Below are positions 1-8,563 of a stretch of DNA of 64,000 nt, in pieces; within the stretch, counting starts at the first letter, position 1, and every line of letters starts with the position of its first letter. The notes below the pieces were generated by a model. It made no database searches. It was not told the origin of the DNA and saw only the letters and a list, made by a program, of their open reading frames with translations. This DNA comes from Alphaproteobacteria bacterium (GTDB taxonomy: Bacteria > Pseudomonadota > Alphaproteobacteria > SMXQ01). The stretch covers positions 18,294 to 82,293 of the forward strand of contig DASYCO010000077.1 of the NCBI GenBank assembly GCA_036500145.1. Reading direction: 5' to 3'. The position numbers were made by a program, and so were the translations under genes.

Positions 1-2
1 AC

Positions 3-377
3 GAGGACGAGGGCAAGCGCGCTGTCACGCTCTATGCGGTGGTCGAACATGCGGCGACCAAGGCGGCCTGGCTTGCCATGATGCCGGTCACCGGCCGCAC
101 GCACCAGCTGCGCGCCCATGCCGCGGCGCTCAACACGCCGATCCTGGGCGACGGAAAGTACGGCGGCGAGGCGGCCTTCTTCCGCGGTCCCGAAGGGGAC
201 GGCGGCCGTCCGCGTCTGCATCTGCACGCCCGCGAGATCGAATTCATCCAGCCCAATGGGCGCCTGCTGCGCGTCGTGGCGCCGCTGCCGCCCCACATGC
301 GCTCCACCTGGGAGTTCTTCGGCTTCGATCCCAACATGTCGGCGGATTCCTTCGCCGACCTGGCCGAACTTCGCTGA
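3..377 (+). CDS. RluA-family pseudouridine synthase, C-terminal part (5' truncated by window edge)
   Basis: Frame is open from nt 3. The C-terminus carries the RluA-family motif HQLRAH...GDxxYG. GC3-rich codon usage. Confidence 0.75.
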   Translation, partial: EDEGKRAVTLYAVVEHAATKAAWLAMMPVTGRTHQLRAHAAALNTPILGDGKYGGEAAFFRGPEGDGGRPRLHLHAREIEFIQPNGRLLRVVAPLPPHMRSTWEFFGFDPNMSADSFADLAELR

Positions 378-394
378 CGCCTATCGGAAGTCCT

Positions 395-2389
395 ATGCGC
401 CTTCGCCGGATACTCACGCTCGCTACCGTCGCCGTTGCCGCCATCGTGGCGGGCGCCGCTGTCTTCGTCGCGCGCATGGACCTGAACCAGTACAAGCCGT
501 TGATCGCGGAGAAGGCGCAGGCGGCGACCGGCCGCAAGCTGCAGATCTCGGGCGACATCCATCTCGTCGCCTCGCTCGTGCCGTCGCTTGCCGTCGACGG
601 CATCCGCTTCGAGAACGCCAAGTTCGGCACGCGTCCCGAGATGGTCAAGGCCAAGCGCCTGGAAGCCCAGGTGGCGCTGTTGCCGTTGCTGCGCGGGCGC
701 GTCGAAATCCGCCGTCTCTCGCTCGTCGCGCCGGACATCCTGCTCGAGACGGACGACAAGGGCCATGGCAACTGGCAGTTCGCCGCGACGCAGACGTCTG
801 CCGCGCCGACGGCCGCTCCCGCAGCGGCGGCGACGCCGCTCGACCTGCCTTATCTGGCCGAACTGGTGATCGAAGACGGGCTCATCACCTACCGCGACGG
901 CGTCACCGGCCGTTCCCGCAAGCTGGAAGTCGGCCATCTGGCCGCCCGCTCGACGGGCCGCGACGATCCGCTCTCCATCGCCTTCGACGGCGCCTACGAA
1001 GGCATGCCGGTCACGGTCGACGGCAAGCTGGGCGCTCTGTCGGGCCTCGATGGCGCGCGGCCGTTTCCGGTCGACCTGTCGGTCAGCGCCGCCGGCGCGG
1101 ACGTCGCGTTGAGCGGCACGGTCCTGCATCCGCTGGCGCCGAGCGCCGCCGATCTCGCGCTGAACATATCGGGCAAGGACCTCAGCGGCTGGGCAAGCTT
1201 CGCCAAGGCGGCGCTGCCGGCCAGGCCTTACAGCCTCGCGGCGAAGCTGGCCTTCCGCAACCGCAGGTTCGATTTGGCCGACCTGCAGGCCAAGCTCGGC
1301 GTCAGCGACCTGACGGGCACGGCGTCGCTCGACCTCAATGGCGCGCGGCCCCGCATCGCCGCGACCTTGAGCGCGCAGCATTTCGACATGGCCGACGTCA
1401 TCCCGGAGCCCGAAGCCGACGGTCGACCGGTCAAGCCGCGCGGCAATGATCGCCTGTTCAGCGCGGATCCCCTCGACCTGTCCGCCTTGCGCCAAGTCGA
1501 CGGCAACGTCGCCCTCAATGCCGCGAGCCTGATGGTAGGCGGCTTCGACCTGCGCGACATGGCCGTGGTCTTGAGCCTGGATGATGGCCGCCTGCTGGCG
1601 CAGCCCTTCGCGGCACGGCTGGCCGACGGCATGCTGACGGGGCAAAGCGACCTGAGGGTGCCGGCGAACGGGCCCGCGAACCTGGCGCTCAACCTTCAGG
1701 CCGAGAAGCTCGACCTCAAGGCGCTCGGCGGGGCCTTCAACGCCGGCGATATCCTTACGGGCCAGGGCGACTTGCTGGTCGACCTCAAGGGGCAGGGCGG
1801 TTCGGTCCGTGCGCTCATGGCTTCGCTGAACGGCCGGGCGAACTGGGTGATGGGCAAGGGCCGCGTCAAGAGCGGCTACGTCGACCTGCTGGGCGCCGAC
1901 CTGCTTCGCTTCGCGGCGAGCGCAGGCAGCCACGGCAGCGACGCGACGGCGGTCAATTGCCTCGTGGCCCGCTTCGACGTGGAGAAGGGCATCGCCACGT
2001 CGAAGGGCATCCTGTTCGACACGGACCGCATGACGGTGAAGGGCGAGGGCACGGTCAATCTCGGCAACGAGCGGCTGGCGCTGCTCTTTACGCCGCGGCC
2101 GAAGGAAACCAGCTTGATCAACCTGGCGATGCCCTGGCGCGTCGAAGGCAGCCTGCAGTCGCCCGCCGTCAGCGTCGATCAGGGCGCCCTGGCCGAGCGA
2201 GCCGCCGGGGCCCTGCTGAGCGCAGTCAATCCCCTGGCACTGCTGGTGCCCATGGTGACGGCTTCCAATGGCGAGCAGAATCCCTGCCTTGCGGCCTTGC
2301 AGGGCGGTGCGCCAAAGCCTGCCGCCGCCGGCCCGGCGAGCGAAGGCGGCGTGCGCGGTTTTCTCGACAGCCTGATTCCCCGCCGCTAG
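395..2389 (+). CDS. asmA: AsmA-family outer-membrane assembly protein
   Basis: 664 aa with an N-terminal TM anchor, then long repetitive beta-rich AsmA-like regions (DUF748/AsmA pattern). The 789-aa ORF on the opposite strand is antisense noise. Confidence 0.75.
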   Translation: MRLRRILTLATVAVAAIVAGAAVFVARMDLNQYKPLIAEKAQAATGRKLQISGDIHLVASLVPSLAVDGIRFENAKFGTRPEMVKAKRLEAQVALLPLLRGRVEIRRLSLVAPDILLETDDKGHGNWQFAATQTSAAPTAAPAAAATPLDLPYLAELVIEDGLITYRDGVTGRSRKLEVGHLAARSTGRDDPLSIAFDGAYEGMPVTVDGKLGALSGLDGARPFPVDLSVSAAGADVALSGTVLHPLAPSAADLALNISGKDLSGWASFAKAALPARPYSLAAKLAFRNRRFDLADLQAKLGVSDLTGTASLDLNGARPRIAATLSAQHFDMADVIPEPEADGRPVKPRGNDRLFSADPLDLSALRQVDGNVALNAASLMVGGFDLRDMAVVLSLDDGRLLAQPFAARLADGMLTGQSDLRVPANGPANLALNLQAEKLDLKALGGAFNAGDILTGQGDLLVDLKGQGGSVRALMASLNGRANWVMGKGRVKSGYVDLLGADLLRFAASAGSHGSDATAVNCLVARFDVEKGIATSKGILFDTDRMTVKGEGTVNLGNERLALLFTPRPKETSLINLAMPWRVEGSLQSPAVSVDQGALAERAAGALLSAVNPLALLVPMVTASNGEQNPCLAALQGGAPKPAAAGPASEGGVRGFLDSLIPRR

Positions 2390-2399
2390 AAAAGCGCCC

Positions 2400-3158
2400 A
2401 TGACTGAAACCGATCCTCAGAACCGTTCCGACCTCGCCGCCAAGGCAGCGGCGCGCGTCGCCAAGCCGGCGACGGTGCGCGAAGCGGGCGGCCTGTTCCT
2501 GCTCGATCTTGGAGATAAGCCGCTCAAGACGCCGGCTGGCCTGGAACTGGCCTTGCCGACCCGCGCCCTGGCCGAGGCGATTGCGGGCGAACTCGCTGCA
2601 GCGGCGCCCCAGGCGCACAAGAACCCGGCCGCCATGCCGAACCTGCGCTTCGCGGCGACGGCGCTCGACCGCGTGGCGGCGGCCCGCGCCGAGACGGTCG
2701 AGTCGGTCGTGTCCTACGGCGCCACAGACCTGCTCTGCTATCGCGCCGAAGAGCCTGCCGACCTCGTCGCGCGCCAGCATCTCGCCTGGCAGCCGCTGCT
2801 CGACTGGATGGCGGAACGCTTCAAGGCCGTGCTCGTCTCGGTCGCCGGCATCATGCCTTCGCCGCAGCCGCCGAAGGCCTTGGCGGCCTTGCGCGGCGCC
2901 GTGGCCGCTTACGACGACATGACGCTGACGGGGCTCGCCATGGCGACGCAGGTCAGCGGCTCGCTGGTCCTCGGCCTGGCGCTGGTCGAAGGCCGCATCG
3001 ACGGAACCGAGATCTTCGATCTTGCCGAACTGGACGAGACCTACCAGATCGAGAAATGGGGCGAGGACGAGGAGGCGGCGAACCGCCGCGCCATCCGCCG
3101 CCGCGACCTGACGGAGACCGCGGCCTTCCTGCGGCTTCTGCACACCGCCAACGCATGA
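2400..3158 (+). CDS. ATP12-family F1-ATPase assembly chaperone
   Basis: 252 aa. The ATP12 family pattern is conserved (LDGKPLKTP...LALP...LAEAIAxEW, MPLTxLA, C-terminal EKWGEDEE). Typical alphaproteobacterial neighbour of the RluA gene. Confidence 0.65.
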   Translation: MTETDPQNRSDLAAKAAARVAKPATVREAGGLFLLDLGDKPLKTPAGLELALPTRALAEAIAGELAAAAPQAHKNPAAMPNLRFAATALDRVAAARAETVESVVSYGATDLLCYRAEEPADLVARQHLAWQPLLDWMAERFKAVLVSVAGIMPSPQPPKALAALRGAVAAYDDMTLTGLAMATQVSGSLVLGLALVEGRIDGTEIFDLAELDETYQIEKWGEDEEAANRRAIRRRDLTETAAFLRLLHTANA

Positions 3159-3484
3159 GGAACTTCGTGATGCAACGCCCCGAGGACCTGGAAAATTTCG
3201 CCGTGCACCTGCGCATCTTCGGCAAGGTGCAGGGCGTCGGCTTTCGCGCCTGGGCGCAGGAGCAGGCCGACAAGAAATCCCTGCGCGGCTGGGTGCGCAA
3301 CCGCAGCGATGGTTCGGTCGAGGTCGTCTTCGTCGGCCATGCCCATACGCTGGATGCGATGGTGACGCTGTGCCGCAAGGGGCCGGCCGGCGCGGAAGTG
3401 AGCCGCGTCACGCGCATTCCCGGCGAATACCGTCCGGACGAGACGGAAGTGCCGCCGGGCTTCCAGCAGTTCCCGACCGTCTAG
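3155..3484 (+). CDS. acyP: Acylphosphatase
   Basis: VxGxVQGVGFR and GWVRNxxDGSVE motifs. ATG overlaps the ATP12 stop (ATGA). An alternative start is ATG 3170. Confidence 0.8.
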   Translation: MRNFVMQRPEDLENFAVHLRIFGKVQGVGFRAWAQEQADKKSLRGWVRNRSDGSVEVVFVGHAHTLDAMVTLCRKGPAGAEVSRVTRIPGEYRPDETEVPPGFQQFPTV

Positions 3485-3487
3485 CCT

Positions 3488-4258
3488 CTACGCGCCGAAT
3501 ATCTCGTCGAAGCTGGTCTTCAGGGCCGCGTCGACGTCGGCCATGGTCGCCGGCTTGCCGAGCGCCTTGAGCGAGGTGACGCCGAAGGTGCTGAGCCCGC
3601 ATGGAACGATGCCGGCGAAGTGCGACAGGTCCGGCGCCACGTTCAGCGAGATGCCGTGATAGGTCACCCAGCGGCGCACGCGCACGCCGACGGCGCCGAT
3701 CTTCTCCTCGCGCGTGCCGAACACCGGATCGGGCCGCGCCACCCAGATGCCGATGCGGCCCTCGCGCTTCTCGCCGGTCACGTCGAGGGCGGCCAGCGTG
3801 CGGATCACCCAGGCTTCGAGGTTGGCGACGTAGCCGCGCACGTCCGGCCCGCGCCGCTTGAGGTCGAGCAGTACGTAGACCACCCGCTGGCCGGGGCCGT
3901 GGTAGGTGAAGCGGCCGCCGCGTCCGGTCTGGTAGACGGGGAAGCGGGCGGCGTCGAGCAACTCCTCGGGGGCGGCGCTGGTGCCCGCGGTATAGAGGGG
4001 CGGGTGTTCGAGCAGCCAGACCAGTTCCGGGGCGCCTTCGTCGCGGATCGCCGCCACGCGCGCCTCCATGGCCGCCACGGCCTCCTCGTAGGGGACGAGG
4101 CCTTGGCTGACGCGCCATTCCAGGCCGGGGCCAGGATTGGCTTCCAGGGGCCGTTCCAGGCTTTCTGGCGCAGCCGCAGGGGCTGCCCGGTCCGGGATGC
4201 TGGTCGGGGCCACGGGGGCCCGGCTGAGGCTTGGAATATCTGGCAAAACCGCCACCAT
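3488..4258 (-). CDS. lipB: Lipoyl(octanoyl) transferase LipB
   Basis: 256 aa. LipB family: conserved RGGxxTYHGPGQ, the catalytic Cys in GIVPCG, and the reactive Lys in the [10 protein letters not shown] region. Converges on acyP with a 3-nt gap. Confidence 0.85.
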   Translation of the reverse strand: MVAVLPDIPSLSRAPVAPTSIPDRAAPAAAPESLERPLEANPGPGLEWRVSQGLVPYEEAVAAMEARVAAIRDEGAPELVWLLEHPPLYTAGTSAAPEELLDAARFPVYQTGRGGRFTYHGPGQRVVYVLLDLKRRGPDVRGYVANLEAWVIRTLAALDVTGEKREGRIGIWVARPDPVFGTREEKIGAVGVRVRRWVTYHGISLNVAPDLSHFAGIVPCGLSTFGVTSLKALGKPATMADVDAALKTSFDEIFGA

Positions 4259-4334
4259 CTCCCTTGCGAAGGGTCGGCCGATTTGGTATTCCCCACGCTT
4301 CCGATTGGCAATCCTAAATTGTCGATTATTCCCT

Positions 4335-4421
4335 GCGGTCGTGGCGGAATTGGTAGACGCGCAGCGTTGAGGTCGCTGTGGGGGAAACCTCGTGGAAGTT
4401 CGAGTCTTCTCGACCGCACCA
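4335..4421 (+). tRNA. tRNA-Leu (anticodon GAG)
   Basis: 87 nt. Acceptor stem GCGGTCG/CGACCGC, discriminator A, encoded CCA. D-arm GTGGCGGAATTGGTAGAC. Anticodon loop TTGAGGT. Long variable arm typical of tRNA-Leu. Confidence 0.9.
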
Positions 4422-4531
4422 TACTAGGCATTAGGCCCGTGAACGCTCGTTCCGGGCTTTGATTTTCTGGCCCCCGTCGCCCTAAACCCCATATGGGGGT
4501 TCTGGGCGCGCGTCGAAAGAGAGCCGACGCC

Positions 4532-5965
4532 ATGACGAACCAGCCACCCGAGAACCGGCCGGAAACGGCAGCATCTCCGCCCGAACCCGAAACCCGGGTG
4601 CCGGACGAGATTCTGCGCGAGCACCCCGAACGCGTCGCCGTCGTCCGCGAGGCCCTGGAGGCCGGCGACCTGGCGCGGGTGCGCGACCTTGTCCTGCCGC
4701 TGCACTATGCCGACCTTGCCGACCTGATCGAGGCGCTCGAGCATGACGAGCGCATAGCGCTGCTCGACAGCATCCGCGGCGAGCTCGATCCCGACGTCCT
4801 GCCGATGCTGGAATATGCGGTGCGCGACGAGGTCGTCGAGCATCTCGGTCCCGAGGAGGTCGCGGCCGCCCTCGGCGAGATGGACACCGACGACGCCATG
4901 GAGGTCGTGCAGACCCTCGACGCGGAAGCGCGCGAGGAGGTGCTCGACGCGGTCCCGGCGGACGAGCGCGCGGTCCTCGAGCAGGGCCTGACCTATCCCG
5001 AGGAATCCGCCGGCCGCCTGATGCAGCGCGAGCTGGTCTCCGTGCCGGCCGACTGGACGGTCGGGCAGACCATCGACCATCTGCGCAACGTCGCGGAGAG
5101 GGACGACGAGGAACTGCCCGACGAGTTCTACGACATCTACGTGGTCGACGCGCGCACGCGGCTGGTCGGCCGCGTGTCGCTCAGCCGCCTGCTGCGCTCG
5201 AAGCGCCCAGTCACCCTGCAGGCGCTCGCCGAGACCGAGCTGCGCAGCGTGCCGGTCGACATGGACCAGGAAGAGGTGGCGCTGCTGTTCCGCCAATATG
5301 CCCTGGCGTCGGCGCCCGTCGTCGACCAGGCCGGACGGCTGGTCGGCGTCATCACCGTCGACGACATCGTCGACATCATTCACGAAGAGGCCGAGGAGGA
5401 CATCCTGCTCCTCGGCGGCGTGTCCGAGGGCGACCTCTACGAGGCCGCCATCGACACGGCGAAGTCGCGCTTTCCCTGGCTCGCGGTCAACCTCGCGACG
5501 GCGCTGCTGGCCGCCAACGTCATCGGCCTGTTCGAGGCGACGATCGAGAAGGTCGTGGCGCTCGCGGTGCTGATGCCCATCGTCGCCTCCATGGGCGGCA
5601 ACGCCGGCACCCAGACCATGACGGTGGCCGTGCGCGCGCTCGCCACCAAGGAACTGTCGGTCGCCAACGCCCTGCACATCGTCTGGAAGGAAGCCATCGT
5701 CGGCGGCATCAACGGCCTGCTGTTCGCCGTGCTGATCGGCGTCGTCGCCTGGGCCTGGTTCGGCGATCTCTCCATCGGCCTCGTCATTGCTGCCGCCATG
5801 ACGATCAACCTGCTGGTCGCCGGCTTCGCGGGGGTCGCCATTCCATTGGCGCTCGAACGCGGCGGCGTCGATCCGGCCGTCGCCTCGGCGGTCTTCCTCA
5901 CCACGGTCACCGACGTCGTCGGCTTCTTCGCGTTTCTCGGGCTCGCTTCGCTGTTCGTCGTCTAA
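4532..5965 (+). CDS. mgtE: Magnesium transporter MgtE
   Basis: MgtE-N domain, tandem CBS domains and a C-terminal 5-TM MgtE pore domain (GGNAGTQ motif). Start chosen at MTNQPP; the ORF is open from 4493. Confidence 0.85.
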   Translation: MTNQPPENRPETAASPPEPETRVPDEILREHPERVAVVREALEAGDLARVRDLVLPLHYADLADLIEALEHDERIALLDSIRGELDPDVLPMLEYAVRDEVVEHLGPEEVAAALGEMDTDDAMEVVQTLDAEAREEVLDAVPADERAVLEQGLTYPEESAGRLMQRELVSVPADWTVGQTIDHLRNVAERDDEELPDEFYDIYVVDARTRLVGRVSLSRLLRSKRPVTLQALAETELRSVPVDMDQEEVALLFRQYALASAPVVDQAGRLVGVITVDDIVDIIHEEAEEDILLLGGVSEGDLYEAAIDTAKSRFPWLAVNLATALLAANVIGLFEATIEKVVALAVLMPIVASMGGNAGTQTMTVAVRALATKELSVANALHIVWKEAIVGGINGLLFAVLIGVVAWAWFGDLSIGLVIAAAMTINLLVAGFAGVAIPLALERGGVDPAVASAVFLTTVTDVVGFFAFLGLASLFVV

Positions 5966-5982
5966 CAGGACGGAGATCGACC

Positions 5983-6663
5983 ATGCCGACCATTCTCGTC
6001 ACCGGCGCCAACCGCGGCCTCGGCCTGGAGTTCGCCCGGCAATATGCCGCCGACGGCTGGCGCGTCATCGCCACTTGCCGCGATCCTGCGAAGGCCGGCG
6101 AGCTGAAGGCGCTGCCCTCGGTCGAGGTCCATGCCCTCGACGTCGCCGACATCGGGGCTGGGGCGAAGCTCGCGTCGTCGCTGGCCGGCACGCCCATCGA
6201 CCTTCTGCTCAACAACGCCGGCGTCTATGGCGCGCGCCAGCAGGCGCTGGGCAACCTCGACGCCGAGGACTGGCTGAACGTGCTGCGCGTCAACAGCGTG
6301 GCGCCGCTCAAGCTGGCCGAAGCCTTTCTGCCGCACTTGCGTGCCGGCAAGGGCAAGACGGCGGCCTTCGTCACCAGCCTGATGGGCAGCATCGCCGACA
6401 ACGGAAGCGGGCGCTTCTACGCCTACCGTTCGAGCAAGGCGGCGCTCAACGCGGCGGTCAAGAGCTTCGCCGTCGATACGGCGGCCGACGGGCTGATCGC
6501 CGTCCTGCTGCATCCCGGCTGGGTGCAGACCGACATGGGCGGCCCTGGCGCGCCGGTCACGCCGAAGGAGAGCATCGCCGGCATGCGCAAGGTCTTGGCC
6601 GGCCTCAAGGCTCAGGACAGCGGCCGCTTCTTCGCCTATGACGGCAAGGCGCTGCCTTGGTAG
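5983..6663 (+). CDS. SDR-family short-chain dehydrogenase (C-factor/CsgA-like)
   Basis: TGANRGLG Rossmann motif, NNAG, YxxSK catalytic pair. 226 aa. Confidence 0.8.
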   Translation: MPTILVTGANRGLGLEFARQYAADGWRVIATCRDPAKAGELKALPSVEVHALDVADIGAGAKLASSLAGTPIDLLLNNAGVYGARQQALGNLDAEDWLNVLRVNSVAPLKLAEAFLPHLRAGKGKTAAFVTSLMGSIADNGSGRFYAYRSSKAALNAAVKSFAVDTAADGLIAVLLHPGWVQTDMGGPGAPVTPKESIAGMRKVLAGLKAQDSGRFFAYDGKALPW

Positions 6664-6691
6664 TTTGATTCTTGAGGGTGCCGCCGCCCGC

Positions 6692-8092
6692 ATGGAGAGC
6701 ATGATTCGTAAGTTGCGTTTGCCGGTCCTGATCACCGGCCTGGCTGTCATCGCCGCCGCCGGGCTCGTCGCCATGCCGACGCCGGCCGGCGTCCAGCCCG
6801 AGATGATGCGCGCCGCAGCCCTGGTGCTGGTCGCGCTGGCGCTCTTCGCCACCAACGCCCTGCCGGGCCATATCAGCGCCGTCGCCTTTCTCACCTTCGG
6901 CATGCTGTGCGCCGTGGCTCCGGCCGAGACGGTGTTCGCCGGCTTCTCCTCGACGGCGGTCTGGCTGGTCTTCGGCGGATTGATCGTCGGCGTCGCCATC
7001 CGCGCCACCGGCCTTGGCGAGCGCATGGCGCTGCAGCTGATGCGCATGCTGGGCACGTCCTACCTGCAGATCATCGGCGGCATCATGATCGCCTCAATGC
7101 TCTTTTCCTTCATCATGCCGGCGAGCCTGGGGCGCGTCGTCATCCTCATGCCGATCATGCTGTCGCTCGCCGAGAAGCTCGGTTTTCCGATTGGCAGCAA
7201 GGGCCATGCGGGCCTGGTGGTCGCGGCCGGCTTCGGCACGCTCATTCCGGCATTCACGATCCTGCCGGCCAACGTGCCGAACATGGTGCTGGCGGGCGCG
7301 GCGGAGACGACCTACGGCCTGCACCTGTCCTACGGCAGCTATGCCTTGCTTCATGCGCCTATGAGCGGGCTGGGCAGCGCGCTCATCATCTTCGCGGTGA
7401 TCATGCTGATGTTCAGGGACACGCCGAAATCCGTCACGACTCTAGCGTCGGCCGAACGGCGTCCCTGGTCGGCCGACGAGAAGAAGCTGTCCTGGATCCT
7501 CGGCATCTCGCTCGTGCTGTGGATGACGGACGGCTGGCACGGCATTTCGCCGGCCTGGGTCGGCATGGCGGGCGGCCTCGCCTGCATGCTGCCGCGCATC
7601 GGCGTCCTGCCGCCGAGCGCCTTCAACGAGAAGGTGCAGTTCGGCGGCATGTTCTATGTGGCGGGCGTGCTCGGCCTCGGCGCCGTCGTGGCGCAAAGCG
7701 GGCTCGGCACGGCCTTGGGCCATGCGCTGATGCAGGCGCTCGACCTGCAGCCCGGCGAGACGGCGCGCAATTTCGTCTCCCTGATCCTGCTCTACACGTT
7801 GAGCGGGCTCATCACGACCATGCCGGCCTTGCCCGCCGTGCTCACGCCGCTCGGCAACGAGCTGGCGCAGGCGACGGGTTTTCCGCTGCTGACGGTGCTG
7901 ATGCTGCAGGTCATCGGCTTCTCCAGCATCCTGTTGCCCTACCAAATGGCGCCGATGGTCTTGTCGTTGCAGATGGGGCGCCTATCTTACGTCAATGGCG
8001 TCAAGGCGACCTTTGCAGTGACGCTTTCTTGCCTCCTGTTGCTGACGCCGCTGAATTATCTCTGGTGGCGGTTCCTCGGATATCTTTCGTAA
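6692..8092 (+). CDS. DASS/SLC13 (ArsB/NhaD-superfamily) anion permease
   Basis: Polytopic membrane protein of about 465 aa with an internally repeated hairpin architecture typical of DASS permeases. Start uncertain (6638, 6692 or 6701). Confidence 0.55.
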   Translation: MESMIRKLRLPVLITGLAVIAAAGLVAMPTPAGVQPEMMRAAALVLVALALFATNALPGHISAVAFLTFGMLCAVAPAETVFAGFSSTAVWLVFGGLIVGVAIRATGLGERMALQLMRMLGTSYLQIIGGIMIASMLFSFIMPASLGRVVILMPIMLSLAEKLGFPIGSKGHAGLVVAAGFGTLIPAFTILPANVPNMVLAGAAETTYGLHLSYGSYALLHAPMSGLGSALIIFAVIMLMFRDTPKSVTTLASAERRPWSADEKKLSWILGISLVLWMTDGWHGISPAWVGMAGGLACMLPRIGVLPPSAFNEKVQFGGMFYVAGVLGLGAVVAQSGLGTALGHALMQALDLQPGETARNFVSLILLYTLSGLITTMPALPAVLTPLGNELAQATGFPLLTVLMLQVIGFSSILLPYQMAPMVLSLQMGRLSYVNGVKATFAVTLSCLLLLTPLNYLWWRFLGYLS

Positions 8093-8529
8093 TGCCCCTG
8101 CATCTCGTCAAAATGGCGGTCGGCGCCGAATCGCTCGAACATCTCGCCGCCTGGCAGAAAACCCGCCTGGCGGCGATCAAGGCCGAACGCGGCAAGTCGA
8201 TGCTGATCCACAAAACGCGCAATTATCCCAAGCGCGCCGAGGAGATTCTCGCTGGCGGCTCGATCTATTGGATCATCAAGGGCTTTATCCGCGTGCATCA
8301 GCGCATCCTGGGATTTGAGCGTGTCACGGACGCCGAGGGCAAGCCGCGCTGCGAAATCCACTATTCGCCGAAGCAAATCCGCACGGTGCCTGTGGCACAC
8401 AAGCCGATGCAGGGCTGGCGCTACATGGAAGACGAAGCCGCGCCGCGCGACCTGACCGGCAAGGGCGACGTGACGGCCGACATGCCGCCGGAAATGCTGG
8501 CGGAACTGCGCAAGCTCGGGCTGCTCTAG
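8092..8529 (+). CDS. DUF1489-family conserved hypothetical protein
   Basis: 146 aa. ATG overlaps the upstream stop (TAATG). N-terminus MPLHLVKMAVGAESLEHL resembles the alphaproteobacterial DUF1489 family. The supplied 540-aa ORF 6907..8529 is an out-of-frame read-through of the permease gene plus this gene. Confidence 0.5.
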   Translation: MPLHLVKMAVGAESLEHLAAWQKTRLAAIKAERGKSMLIHKTRNYPKRAEEILAGGSIYWIIKGFIRVHQRILGFERVTDAEGKPRCEIHYSPKQIRTVPVAHKPMQGWRYMEDEAAPRDLTGKGDVTADMPPEMLAELRKLGLL

Positions 8530-8563
8530 CGCGGCCGCGACGGGGGCTGCGCGCCTCGTCGCC

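Noticed and set aside
32-2401. 789-aa ORF on the minus strand spanning the first 2.4 kb
   Set aside because: Antisense to the rluA-like and asmA genes, whose plus-strand products have recognisable family motifs. Arg/Ala/Gly-rich low-complexity translation typical of spurious ORFs in about 70% GC DNA.
6907-8529. 540-aa plus-strand ORF
   Set aside because: The first roughly 395 codons are an alternative frame of the permease gene (Arg/Gly/His-rich). Only the last 146 codons, from the ATG at 8092, form a real gene.
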